Part shown: in pieces, positions 17,651-27,709 of the stretch | How positions within the stretch are numbered: position 1 is the first letter of the stretch | Layout: each line of letters begins with the position of its first letter | The notes under the pieces: generated by a model | The model's database searches: none | Told to the model about the DNA's origin: nothing | What the model saw: the letters and a program-made list of their open reading frames with translations, nothing else | NCBI GenBank assembly: GCA_020435515.1 | Contig: JAGQZO010000021.1 | Coordinates: forward strand, 1-43,848 | Direction: 5' to 3' | DNA: 43,848 nucleotides | DNA from: Winogradskyella sp. | GTDB lineage: Bacteria; Bacteroidota; Bacteroidia; Flavobacteriales; Flavobacteriaceae | Made by a program: the position numbers and the translations under genes

Positions 17651-18580
17651 CTAAAAGTTATAAACAACTTCTAATTTCTGACCTTTTAAAGCTTCTTTGG
17701 CTCTTTCAATATCTTCGGTAAAGCCTAAAATGTAACCACCACCACCAGAACCACAAAGTTTTAGATAGTAGTCATTGGTTTCGATACCTTTTTTCCATAA
17801 CTCATGGAATTGACTTGGTATCATGGGCTTGAAATTATTTAACACTACTTTAGAAAGCTGCTTCGTATTTCTAAATAAAGATTTAATATCACCTTTAAGG
17901 AAATCTTCTACACAAGCATCGGTATGTTTAATAAACTGTTCCTTAAGCATACTACGGAATCCTTCATTCTTCATATTTTCCATAAAAATGCTAACCATAG
18001 GTGCCGTTTCGCCAACAACGCCACTATCTAACAAAAATACTGCTCCTTTACCTTCTGTACTTTGCGATGGTATGCCTGTAGCTTCAATATTATCTTTAGA
18101 GTTGATTAATATCGGAAGGCTCAAATAACTATTTAAAGGATCTAAACCAGATGATTTTCCGTGGAAAAACGATTCCATTTCAGAAAAAATAGCTTTTAAC
18201 TTTAATAGTTTTTCACGAGTTAAATTTTCTAAAATCGTAATCTTTTCTGTAGCATACTTATCATAAATTGCCGCTACCAAAGCGCCACTACTCCCTACAC
18301 CATAACCTTGTGGTATTGATGAATCGAAATACATACCAGCTTCAACGTCCGCTTTTAATTTATCCATTTCAAAAGACACTAAATCTTTGTCTAAAGTATC
18401 GAGGTAAGTCGCAAAACGTTTTAGGCTTTGATTTGACTTTATGGCCTCTTCAGATGGATTTTCATCAACCTTTAAAGCTCCGTTGTAAAAATTGTAAGGT
18501 ATAGATAAGCCCTTAGAATCTTTAATGATTCCATACTCACCAAAGAGTAGAATTTTTGAGTAGAAAAGAGGTCCTTTCAT
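17651..18580 (-). CDS. Mevalonate kinase (GHMP family)
   Basis: SKILLFGEY, IPQGYGVGSSGA, HGKSSGLD, KLCGSGGGG; next to mvaD; ATG 18580 preferred. Confidence 0.85.
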   Translation of the reverse strand: MKGPLFYSKILLFGEYGIIKDSKGLSIPYNFYNGALKVDENPSEEAIKSNQSLKRFATYLDTLDKDLVSFEMDKLKADVEAGMYFDSSIPQGYGVGSSGALVAAIYDKYATEKITILENLTREKLLKLKAIFSEMESFFHGKSSGLDPLNSYLSLPILINSKDNIEATGIPSQSTEGKGAVFLLDSGVVGETAPMVSIFMENMKNEGFRSMLKEQFIKHTDACVEDFLKGDIKSLFRNTKQLSKVVLNNFKPMIPSQFHELWKKGIETNDYYLKLCGSGGGGYILGFTEDIERAKEALKGQKLEVVYNF

Positions 18581-18605
18581 ATGGGTATTAAACAATTTCT
18601 TATAA

Positions 18606-18613
18606 CAAATATA
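18606..18613 (-). promoter_or_regulatory. -7 element TATATTTG for mevalonate kinase
   Basis: Exact TAnnTTTG in the mvaD-kinase spacer. Confidence 0.5.
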
Positions 18614-18668
18614 CGGATTAATCCGCTATTTAGTTTGCAATCAAACTCTAAGCAATGTTATTTTTCAA

Positions 18669-19748
18669 TTAATTGTGTAATTGTGCTCCTTTACCTATAA
18701 AATCTGTTATAAAATGACCGTTTTGACAAAACTCAGCCAGTTCATTTTTTATAAACTTTAGCACACTTTCTTTTTCATTTTCAGGATATAACACATGTAC
18801 ATTGGCACCAGCATCTAAAGTAAAACAAACATTAGAATCATTCTCCGCTCTATACTTCCAGATTTTATTGATTATTTCTAAAGTATTGGGCTTCATTAAA
18901 ATGAAGTAAGGCATGCTCGTCATCATCATAGCGTGAAGCGTTAAAGCCTCGCTTTCAACAATTTTTACAAAGGTCTGTAAATCACCAGATGCTAAAACTG
19001 TTTTAAGTTTTGCTAAATTATCATGAGCCTGAGCAAAACGTTGTTCCGCAAAAGGATGGCCAAACATCAGTTTATGACCAACGGTACTACTTACTTGCTT
19101 TTCGCCTTTATCTACTAAAAGTATAGTGTCTTGGTAATCTTTGAAATTAGGATGTACTTCACCATCAAATTTAATTCCGTACAAATCTGAACTTTCTGTG
19201 CTTTCATTTTGTCCCCAAACCACCAATTCTCCTTCAATACTTCTGCATGCACTACCTGAGCCTAATCTGGCTAAAAACGATGCTTTTTGTTTGAATACCT
19301 TATCTGCCACTTCGACTACGCTCAGCGAGCGTTCAACACTCATTAAACAAAGTGCCAAAGCACTCATACCTGAAGCAGAAGAAGCAATACCTGAACTATG
19401 TGGAAAGGTATTAGAGGTTTCAATCTTAAAATGGTAATCTCTTAAAAAAGGTACATATTCTTCGATACGCTCAAAAAAGGTTTGAATTTTTGGTTTGAAG
19501 GCTTCGTTTTTTTCGCCTTCAAAATACACTTCAAAACTAAAATTTTTACTTTCTTTTTTAGTGTAAGTAAGCTTCGTAATAGTTTTGCAATTAGAAAGCG
19601 TAAAGCTTATAGATGGGTTTTCTGGAATTTGATTTTTCTTTTTTCCCCAATATTTTACCAATGCTATGTTACTTGGAGACTCCCATTTTACAGCACCACG
19701 TTCTATATTAGAGTTGTAATTTTTAAGAATAAAATCTTCGGCAATCAT
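18669..19748 (-). CDS. mvaD: Diphosphomevalonate decarboxylase
   Basis: SNIALVKYWGK, NPSISFTL, GIASSASG, ARLGSGSACRS, TLDAGANVH. Confidence 0.93.
   Translation of the reverse strand: MIAEDFILKNYNSNIERGAVKWESPSNIALVKYWGKKKNQIPENPSISFTLSNCKTITKLTYTKKESKNFSFEVYFEGEKNEAFKPKIQTFFERIEEYVPFLRDYHFKIETSNTFPHSSGIASSASGMSALALCLMSVERSLSVVEVADKVFKQKASFLARLGSGSACRSIEGELVVWGQNESTESSDLYGIKFDGEVHPNFKDYQDTILLVDKGEKQVSSTVGHKLMFGHPFAEQRFAQAHDNLAKLKTVLASGDLQTFVKIVESEALTLHAMMMTSMPYFILMKPNTLEIINKIWKYRAENDSNVCFTLDAGANVHVLYPENEKESVLKFIKNELAEFCQNGHFITDFIGKGAQLHN
19310..19325 (+). repeat. REP-like 16-mer CTTCGACTACGCTCAG, copy 3 (inside mvaD, antisense)
   Basis: 15/16 identical to copy 1; read within RSLSVVEV in MvaD. 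Confidence 0.75.
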
Positions 19749-19751
19749 AAT

Positions 19752-20288
19752 CTAATTTTCTGCCGACAAAGATAGTAACTTTAGCATTGTTTTATAGTTT
19801 CTTGCCGTAGCATTAACCTTAAGTTTTCTTTCAAAATAATTGAGGCTAAATTTTGCATTGCCATAACCCTTGTCTGAATAGAAATAAAGACAATCATTTG
19901 TGATTTTATATTCCTCTTTGTCATAGGTTTTCTCATAAGCTTTTTGAACTAAATCTTCTTTTGGATAATGAGATAATATTCCAAAATAGCTATTGATTTT
20001 TTTGTCTTCGGAAAACGGACAATCGTCAAATATTTTTTGCAATTGCTGCCTAGTTCTTACTATTACTGATACCTCAAAATCAAAATGGTCGAAAATCGAT
20101 TTTTGAATTGAATTTTCTATCTCTTGGTAATTGGTTTCTGCAACTTTAAAAATCGCATTACCACTTTGGATATAGGTTTTTACATCAGAAAAGCCAATCT
20201 TAGTTAACAGCTCTCTTAACTCTGCCATAGGAATTTTTCTGTGTCCACCAACGTTGATTCCTCTTAATAATGCAATGCATGTTTTCAT
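19752..20288 (-). CDS. DUF1697 family protein
   Basis: ALLRGINVGG, VKTYIQSGN, ATARNYKT. Confidence 0.9.
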   Translation of the reverse strand: MKTCIALLRGINVGGHRKIPMAELRELLTKIGFSDVKTYIQSGNAIFKVAETNYQEIENSIQKSIFDHFDFEVSVIVRTRQQLQKIFDDCPFSEDKKINSYFGILSHYPKEDLVQKAYEKTYDKEEYKITNDCLYFYSDKGYGNAKFSLNYFERKLKVNATARNYKTMLKLLSLSAEN

Positions 20289-21502
20289 CTTTCAGCAATT
20301 GATTGCGATACGATATACGCTCCTGTCCATGCATTCTGAAAGTTAAACCCTCCTGTAACAGCATCTACATTGATGACCTCACCTGCAAAATATAAGTTTG
20401 GGATGAGCTTGCTTTCAAAGGTTTTAAAGTTGATTTCTTTTAAATCAACTCCGCCTGCTGTAACAAATTCTTCCTTAAATGTACTTTTTCCGGTAACTTG
20501 AAAAATAGCTTGTGTTAACTGCTCCACTAAAGCAGCCAGTTGCTCTTTGTTGAGATCTGCCCAACGTTCATTTTCTGAAATATTTGAAGCTAAAACTAGT
20601 TTTCTCCACAATCGTTTTGGCAAATCAAATTGTGCAGTGCCGAAAATCTGCTTCTTGGCTAATTCTTGTTTTAAATCTTTTAAATGACTTAAACAATCTT
20701 CAAAATCTTGTTTTATAAAGTTAATTTCAATCTTAAAATTATAATTAAGCTTTGCTAATTCTACTGCACCATAAGCTGATAGTTTTAAAATTGCTGGCGC
20801 ACTCATTCCAACGTGAGTGATTAACAAAGGGCCTTCAGAAAAAAGATCTATACCAATTACTTTTACATCAACGTTTTGCGCCACAACTCCTGGAATATCT
20901 TTAATGCGTTTGTCATTTATATCAAAAGTGAACAGTGATGGTACAGGTGGAATAATGGTATGACCTAAATCTTCTAAGAGCTTCCATACTTTAGGATTAC
21001 TTCCTGTGGCTACAACTATTTTTTTTGTTTCGATATCACCTTGTGATGTGCTGATAATAAATCCATCAATAATAGATTTTATTGATTTTACAGAATGGTT
21101 GTACAACACTTCAACTTTGTGTTTTTTAGCTTCAAACAAAAAACAATCTATTATGGTCTGAGATGAGTTTGAAACCGGAAACATTCTACCATCGTCTTCA
21201 ATCTTTAGTTCCACTCCACGTTCTTCAAACCAAGCTATGGTATCACCTGTCATAAAGGTATGAAACGGCCCAAGCAATTCCTTTTCACCTCTTGGATAAT
21301 TTTGGACCAACTCTGAAGGTGTAAACTCTGCATGTGTAACGTTGCAACGTCCACCTCCAGAAATTTTAACCTTTTGTAAACCCTCTTTACCGCGTTCTAA
21401 AATGGCAACTGATAATTCAGGATGTTTTTCCGCTATGTTTATTGCAGCAAAAAATCCGGCTGCACCTCCACCAATAACAATTATGTCTTTTTGTACTTGC
21501 AA
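20285..21502 (-). CDS. HI0933/BaiN-family flavin oxidoreductase
   Basis: IGGGAAG, KISGGGRCNVT, FVTAGGV, GEVINVDAVTGGFNFQNAW; TTG start. Confidence 0.92.
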   Translation of the reverse strand: MQVQKDIIVIGGGAAGFFAAINIAEKHPELSVAILERGKEGLQKVKISGGGRCNVTHAEFTPSELVQNYPRGEKELLGPFHTFMTGDTIAWFEERGVELKIEDDGRMFPVSNSSQTIIDCFLFEAKKHKVEVLYNHSVKSIKSIIDGFIISTSQGDIETKKIVVATGSNPKVWKLLEDLGHTIIPPVPSLFTFDINDKRIKDIPGVVAQNVDVKVIGIDLFSEGPLLITHVGMSAPAILKLSAYGAVELAKLNYNFKIEINFIKQDFEDCLSHLKDLKQELAKKQIFGTAQFDLPKRLWRKLVLASNISENERWADLNKEQLAALVEQLTQAIFQVTGKSTFKEEFVTAGGVDLKEINFKTFESKLIPNLYFAGEVINVDAVTGGFNFQNAWTGAYIVSQSIAER

Positions 21503-21570
21503 ATTCTGATTTAAGAAGATTTTATGAGTAAATCTTTGTTAAAATTAACTTCTATAGTTATTCTTAACCC

Positions 21571-22395
21571 ATGAAAACATTTACAATGATACACTTTAAA
21601 AGATTAATATTAATAACGCTCTTTGCAGTTTCTTGTCAATCTGCTGGTCAACTTAAAATAGAAGGCAGTATTAACAATTCTATAAAAGAGGCTTCTGCTG
21701 CTGAAATTATACCTCAATCGGATTTAATTTGGACTATTGAAGATTCTGGAAATGACAGCAACTTGTACGGATTAGATTCTAGTGGAAAAATTGTGAAACA
21801 AGTTGCCATTACCAATGCTAGTAACATCGATTGGGAAGACTTAACTTCTGACGAGCAAGGTAATTTATACATTGGCGATTTTGGAAATAACAACGAAAAA
21901 CGAAAGCATTTTAGAATCTTAAAAATTAATCATCAAGATTTAAATAATGAAACCACTAAAGCCGAAATTATTGATTTTACCTTGCCTAAAAACAAGTATT
22001 CCAAAGACTTTGAGGCTTTCTTTTTGTACAATAATTGGTTTTATATTTTTAGCAAAGAGACTAAGAAATTTATCACCTTAAAAGTTCCTAATTCTTCAGG
22101 TAAACATGAAGCTATTTTAAGATCAGATTTTAATTTAGACGGAAAGAACAATAAAATCACCTCAGCCGACATTAGTGATAACGGCAAAAGCATTGTGCTT
22201 CTAAACCATGATAAATTATGGAAACTTTCAGGATTTAGTGATGATGACTTCTTCTCTGGAAATATAGAAGAGTTACCGTTTGAGCACAACTCCCAAAAAG
22301 AAGGTATTTGCTTTAAAGATGATTCCACGGTTTACATTACAGATGAGCGCAATGGTGATGAAGGTGGTAATATTTACACCTTTAAACTCAACTAA
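21571..22395 (+). CDS. Beta-propeller lipoprotein (SdiA-regulated/phytase-like)
   Basis: Lipobox FAVSC; acidic blade motifs EASA, EDSGN, DWED, GDFGNN, DFEA, QKEG. Confidence 0.7.
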   Translation: MKTFTMIHFKRLILITLFAVSCQSAGQLKIEGSINNSIKEASAAEIIPQSDLIWTIEDSGNDSNLYGLDSSGKIVKQVAITNASNIDWEDLTSDEQGNLYIGDFGNNNEKRKHFRILKINHQDLNNETTKAEIIDFTLPKNKYSKDFEAFFLYNNWFYIFSKETKKFITLKVPNSSGKHEAILRSDFNLDGKNNKITSADISDNGKSIVLLNHDKLWKLSGFSDDDFFSGNIEELPFEHNSQKEGICFKDDSTVYITDERNGDEGGNIYTFKLN

Positions 22396-25300
22396 AAATT
22401 AAGCCCAAAACCAAAAGAAAATCTTAATCCATCTTCACCTGTAAAGAAATTAAATGTTCCTGCAACCGAATCTGCTGCTGCAACCCAAAATCCACCTCCA
22501 TACGAATTATGCCACTTTTCTGATGTGTCGTTTTTAACCCAAACTCTACCAACGTCTATACCAGAGAAAATCCCAATCTGCATTGGAAACCATGCGGTTT
22601 TAAAGCTATTAAAACTGTATCTTAAATCTGCATTGGTCACTAATGAGTTTTTACCCGTAAAACGTTCTGTCCTGTAACCTCTTAATCCTGCACCACCATC
22701 ACCAATATTTGCTCCTTGAAAAAACAGAAAGTCATCACCAAAACGCAATTGTGTTCTTATATCTGTTTTTAAAACCAGCTTTCTATTAACGCTCAAGGCA
22801 TTATAGAATCCAAGATGGGCATTTACGTAACCAAAAATATTATTAAACTCGTTAATCTCTGTTTTAGCACCAGCTATAATATTAAAATCCATACCTCTTG
22901 AGGTTGCAATTTCATCATCAGCACTATGATAGTCATATTCAGCTTCTAAAGCGGTAAATAAGCGTCTTTCAAAAAATTCTTCATCTGTTGTAGGAGCAAA
23001 ATCTGAAATAAATCTATTATCGGTATTTTCTAATTCTATGCCTTCAAAAACCGCTTTAAACCCATATTCGCTACCATAACCTGAGTTTTTAACCGCACCA
23101 ATATTAACACCAATAATACTTGTTTTCACACGATTGTAATCCAACCCTAAGTCGTCGTCATTATTTACCGTTTCATTACCAAAACCAAAAAAATTATTGG
23201 TGAAATTTTCACTAGTAAAAACACCTCCTAACTTTAAATTCCAATCCCCAAAGATATTAGCAAACTGACCATTGTATCTAACATCAAAGCCTTCCGTAGC
23301 AAAGTAATAACCAGCATTAAATCTATGCTGTTGCGAGAATGGATTACGTTCAAAACCTTTCTTAGTTTTGGTAAGGCTTACACCAACTTTAAGCCCATCA
23401 TCAGGATTAAAACCAATACTTGGTGTAATAACACTCGTCTTTGTTATAAATTTCTGAAAATCGTATAGATTAGACTGATAGTTATCTGTAAGTTTAATTT
23501 GCCCTCCCTTATTTTTTTCGATGGTGTTCTCTTTGGACTTATGATCGTAAACCTTTATACGCCTACCATTGTTAATTTTATAAATATCATTTCCTTGCCC
23601 ACCGATAATCCTTGTGTAGATTAAATTATTGGCCTTGCCGTTAACTTCAAAAATATCATCATCATCTAAGCCATAAATCCAAATTTCTTTTGTAACATCT
23701 CTGTGATAAGTTCTATCTACAATAACATCTGCTTTTTCTCCACCTTTATTTCTCCAAATTTGTACTCGGGTTTCTTTATCTGCTATTCTTGTTATTTCTA
23801 TAAAATCATCTTTATCCGTTGCAGTGAGTATAACTAATTCATCTAAATAATTAGAATAGCGCGTTGCAATGTCTAATAAGTTATCACGTCTTCCTCTTAA
23901 TTTAGTTTTAATATCTTCTATTATTTTACCTTGTATCTCTTTTGGCAGATTTGAAAAAGCCTCTTCTATAACGCCGTCTGTAATCTCATTTTGAAGAAAT
24001 CTAGCTTGCTCAAGCCAAACGGATTTATCTGCTTGTTTTATTAAAGCTTTGTCTAGTTTGTGACCAGCACTATTCATCCACTTGATATCTTTTAGCTCTG
24101 CATCATACACCTGTAGTTGATTTGTTGCGCTAGAAATTGTGCGTCCAATATCTAAAAGTGTTCCATCAAAATTTGAAAACACCTGATCTCTATCTCTTGG
24201 AATTGGTCTGTAAAGTTTATCTCCATTAGGTTGATCAAATTGTGCCCAACGCCATTGATCTTGATGCCTATCCCAATCTCCGAGAAGCATATCAAAAAGT
24301 CGCGCTCTAACAAAGGCAACCTCATCAATTTTATATTCTTCGTCTTTTCTTATTTTTTCAATGATATCATGTGTGCTTTCTATATCATCTGCGTAACCAA
24401 AATTTTTATCGTTCGTGTAATTGTCTTCAGGACGTTCTTCTATCATATACAACTCACCACCATACTCATCATTATATTTACCTAAATGCTTATGTTTAGG
24501 AACATAAAACAACCTTGGATTGGTATGTAATACCTGAGCAGCATCTGATAGTTTTGGAACTGCTAAAAACGCATAAGGATGAGCAGCTGTGTAGAAATCT
24601 AGGATAAGTTCTTCAACAATAGTTTCGTCAAATTCATTTTCGACAAAATTATCTTTAAATACTACTGTTTGGATGTATTGTGTGGCACTCTTTCTGAGAG
24701 CACGCATGTTTAATTCTCTTCCGTCTTTCAACTTTAATCTTAAAGAGCGAGTTTGGTGTCCGCCTCCTTTACGCACAACTTCCAAACCTCCATATAATGT
24801 ATCTAAAGTAGCAACTTTGGCTGTGATTTTTTTACTGTAAACGTCTCTGTAGTTTTCTCCCCAAATAGACTTAAAAAAGCCTGTTTTATCCGTTTCCTCT
24901 TTTGAATAAATTGAAACCTCAACCGTGCTTGGGAAACTATCAGGTAAGGTAGAAGTATCAAAATCTGGTTTGTTTGGCGGTATAACTTCTTTTTGAAATA
25001 TAGCTTTTGGTTCACCATTTACCGCACTGAAAAATTGTACCCAAGAACTGCCATCTTTGTAAACCACAAGTTTTGCAAAGCCTTGTTTTCCATAAGAAAA
25101 CAAGCCATTATCACTTAACGTAGCATAGGATTCTTTTGCACCAGAACCCGAAACAACTTGCTTGATTCTTCCTTCTTCAATATACTGTAAGGTATGCTCA
25201 TGGCCTGATACAAAAACCAATTTAGGACTATCTACTGCGAGGGTTTCTAAACGCTTCATTAACTCATTGTAGCGCTCGTTATAGCGATCTTGAATGGATA

Positions 25301-26108
25301 CTCCACCCTGTGTTCTTATTTGAGCAACAATAGTTGCCAAACCTGGAACTGGTATTTTCCTTTGACCAGGAAATATATGTTTTGAAGCAGCAAATTGACC
25401 TCCATGAACACCATTGGTATACATTGGATGATGCATGGCAAATACAATAGTCTTGTTTTGTGATTTTTTTAGTTCACCTTCTACTTCCAAGAAAAAACGT
25501 TCTCTGGTTTTTATTTCGCATTCATCATTTATGCCTGGATTATCGTTCCAGTTTTCTAAATACCATTGTGTATCTATGATAATAAGTTGAACCGTTTCAC
25601 TTACGTCTATACTTTCTAATGGACAGCCATTTTCTGGTTGAAAGGTGTTTTTTCCCAGAGCTTCTTCTATGTACTTTTCTTGACGCTTTACTCCTTTTAA
25701 TCCACCTGCATACCACTCATGATTACCTGGTATAAATATAGTTTTGCCTTTAAAGTCTTCTACTGCGCCAAACTGCGCCTGAAGTGCATTTTCTGCAGAT
25801 GCTCTGTCCTTGTGTTCCTTTTTGGGTAATCCTGCTGGATAGATATTATCACCTAAATACAATGTGTAATCTTCCTTTGATACTTTTTGTTCTGCTAAAT
25901 AGTTTTTAAATGCCATCAATGCATCAGAGTAACCATTCATTGGCGATTTACCAGCATCACCAACTAAATAGAATACATTGTCAATTGGTTTATCTGGCAA
26001 ACTCTGATTAGAAAAATCGTCTTCTGCGTACTGCGCTCTGTAAGTAGCGCATGCGTGACTTAAAATGACCAAAACAAGTATTGTAATTTTTCTATATATC
26101 AACTTCAT
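22392..26108 (-). CDS. Lipoprotein fusion: metallophosphoesterase + atypical kinase-like domain + Omp85/BamA-TamA-type beta-barrel
   Basis: Start moved to ATG 26108 (MKLIYRK...LSHAC lipobox); GDAG, GDNIY, GNHEW, HHP, SGHEH; GGGHQT, GDWDRHQDQW, PRDRDQ; LRGY, DVGRVW and terminal FGFGLNF. Confidence 0.85.
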   Translation of the reverse strand: MKLIYRKITILVLVILSHACATYRAQYAEDDFSNQSLPDKPIDNVFYLVGDAGKSPMNGYSDALMAFKNYLAEQKVSKEDYTLYLGDNIYPAGLPKKEHKDRASAENALQAQFGAVEDFKGKTIFIPGNHEWYAGGLKGVKRQEKYIEEALGKNTFQPENGCPLESIDVSETVQLIIIDTQWYLENWNDNPGINDECEIKTRERFFLEVEGELKKSQNKTIVFAMHHPMYTNGVHGGQFAASKHIFPGQRKIPVPGLATIVAQIRTQGGVSIQDRYNERYNELMKRLETLAVDSPKLVFVSGHEHTLQYIEEGRIKQVVSGSGAKESYATLSDNGLFSYGKQGFAKLVVYKDGSSWVQFFSAVNGEPKAIFQKEVIPPNKPDFDTSTLPDSFPSTVEVSIYSKEETDKTGFFKSIWGENYRDVYSKKITAKVATLDTLYGGLEVVRKGGGHQTRSLRLKLKDGRELNMRALRKSATQYIQTVVFKDNFVENEFDETIVEELILDFYTAAHPYAFLAVPKLSDAAQVLHTNPRLFYVPKHKHLGKYNDEYGGELYMIEERPEDNYTNDKNFGYADDIESTHDIIEKIRKDEEYKIDEVAFVRARLFDMLLGDWDRHQDQWRWAQFDQPNGDKLYRPIPRDRDQVFSNFDGTLLDIGRTISSATNQLQVYDAELKDIKWMNSAGHKLDKALIKQADKSVWLEQARFLQNEITDGVIEEAFSNLPKEIQGKIIEDIKTKLRGRRDNLLDIATRYSNYLDELVILTATDKDDFIEITRIADKETRVQIWRNKGGEKADVIVDRTYHRDVTKEIWIYGLDDDDIFEVNGKANNLIYTRIIGGQGNDIYKINNGRRIKVYDHKSKENTIEKNKGGQIKLTDNYQSNLYDFQKFITKTSVITPSIGFNPDDGLKVGVSLTKTKKGFERNPFSQQHRFNAGYYFATEGFDVRYNGQFANIFGDWNLKLGGVFTSENFTNNFFGFGNETVNNDDDLGLDYNRVKTSIIGVNIGAVKNSGYGSEYGFKAVFEGIELENTDNRFISDFAPTTDEEFFERRLFTALEAEYDYHSADDEIATSRGMDFNIIAGAKTEINEFNNIFGYVNAHLGFYNALSVNRKLVLKTDIRTQLRFGDDFLFFQGANIGDGGAGLRGYRTERFTGKNSLVTNADLRYSFNSFKTAWFPMQIGIFSGIDVGRVWVKNDTSEKWHNSYGGGFWVAAADSVAGTFNFFTGEDGLRFSFGFGLNF

Positions 26109-26146
26109 ATTTTGTTTTTGTAGTTTAAAAATAAACCTAGATAAAT

Positions 26147-27709
26147 TTACGAACTGCACGATAACATGGAACATCCTACTTTGTGTCTTGCCCATTCTGG
26201 TCGTTTGGAGAACCATTTTTGATATTCTGGTTGTTCATTGTATGGTTGCTTAAGCAATTCGAATAATTCATTTAATAGATTATAATCACCCTTGTCTGCA
26301 TCATTAATGGCTAATTGAGCCATATAGTTCCTAAGTACATACTTTGGGTTAACTGTGTTCATTTTAGCTTGACGTTGTTGGTCTGTGATTTCTTCTAACT
26401 GTAATCTTTTGTCGTAATCATTAAACCAAGATTTCCACTTCATTTCTTTCTCATCCTTTATCTCTTCAAGTTTGTAAAAAGCCTCTTCTACAACCTTTAA
26501 GCCTTCATCAGCTTTGCCTTTTTTGTGATTAGACAGTAAACGATAAAAAATTGTCATATCGGTTTCAGACAATAAAAGACATTCTTCTAAATCTTCAATC
26601 AATTTCTTGTCTCCATCGTCCTTTATTTCTAATCCTAATTTTGAACGCATCATGCACAAAAATTGAATTTCAAAATCTGTTTGATACTGATTTAAAACAG
26701 CTTCAAACGGTTCTGCTTCTTCAACCAGAGGATATAACGCATTAGCGAGTTGCAATAAATTCCAAAGTACAATATTGGGTTGATTACCATAACGATAGCG
26801 CTTATACTCTCGATCTGTGGTGTTTGGTGTCCAACCAAAATCAAAACCCTCTAACCAACCATAAGGTCCATAATCTATAGTCAAACCTAAGATTGACATA
26901 TTATCGGTATTCATAACACCATGCACAAAGCCTACACGTTGCCAATGGATTATCATATCCAAAGTTCTATCTGTAACTGCTTTAAAGAACTTAATGTAAG
27001 TTTCTTTGGAAGGTGTACCTAGTTCTGGATAAAAGTATTTAATGGTGTAATCTGTTAGTTTTTTGAGATTTTCAATATCGTTTCTAGAAGCAAACAATTC
27101 AAAATTACCAAAACGAATAAAGGTTGGTGATACTCTGCAAACAATCGCACCTTTTTCATAAGCTGCATTGCCATTGTAAAGCATATCTCGTAAAACGTCA
27201 TCTCCTGAAAGCATCAAACTCAATGCTCCAGTTGTGGGTACTCCCAAATGGTGCATTGCTTCGCTACACAGATATTCTCTTACTGAAGATCTTAAAACTG
27301 CCAATCCATCTCCTTGGCGAGAATAAGGAGTTTCCCCAGCCCCTTTTAGCTGTAAAGCCCAGCGCTTTTGGTTGTGCACCACTTCGAACAAATTAATTGC
27401 CCTACCATCACCCAATTGTCCTGCCCAATTACCAAACTGATGTCCAGCATAAGCCATAGCATATGGCTCAGTATTTTTATAGACTTCGGTGCCAGAAAAA
27501 ACATTCAAAAATGTTTTAGAATTGACATCATCTAAATTGATTCCCAGATTTTCTGCCATTTCAGGAGATACATGGATTAATTTTGGAGATGATGGTACTT
27601 TTGGCAAAACATAAGAATACATTGCTCCAAATACTTTACGTCTAGTGTTATCTAAGTTGGCATCAGAAGGTAATTCTTTATTAAAAGTGTCTGCAATATT
27701 TAAATTCAT
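26147..27709 (-). CDS. selO: Protein adenylyltransferase SelO (YdiU)
   Basis: GQLGDGRA, LKGAGETPYSRQGDG, HGVMNTDN, IDYGP, NPKYVLRNY, C-terminal CSMLSCSS. Confidence 0.95.
   Translation of the reverse strand: MNLNIADTFNKELPSDANLDNTRRKVFGAMYSYVLPKVPSSPKLIHVSPEMAENLGINLDDVNSKTFLNVFSGTEVYKNTEPYAMAYAGHQFGNWAGQLGDGRAINLFEVVHNQKRWALQLKGAGETPYSRQGDGLAVLRSSVREYLCSEAMHHLGVPTTGALSLMLSGDDVLRDMLYNGNAAYEKGAIVCRVSPTFIRFGNFELFASRNDIENLKKLTDYTIKYFYPELGTPSKETYIKFFKAVTDRTLDMIIHWQRVGFVHGVMNTDNMSILGLTIDYGPYGWLEGFDFGWTPNTTDREYKRYRYGNQPNIVLWNLLQLANALYPLVEEAEPFEAVLNQYQTDFEIQFLCMMRSKLGLEIKDDGDKKLIEDLEECLLLSETDMTIFYRLLSNHKKGKADEGLKVVEEAFYKLEEIKDEKEMKWKSWFNDYDKRLQLEEITDQQRQAKMNTVNPKYVLRNYMAQLAINDADKGDYNLLNELFELLKQPYNEQPEYQKWFSKRPEWARHKVGCSMLSCSS

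Noticed and set aside
26147-26170. Selenocysteine in SelO
   Set aside because: The C-terminus is Cys-encoded and the stop is TAA, not an in-frame TGA
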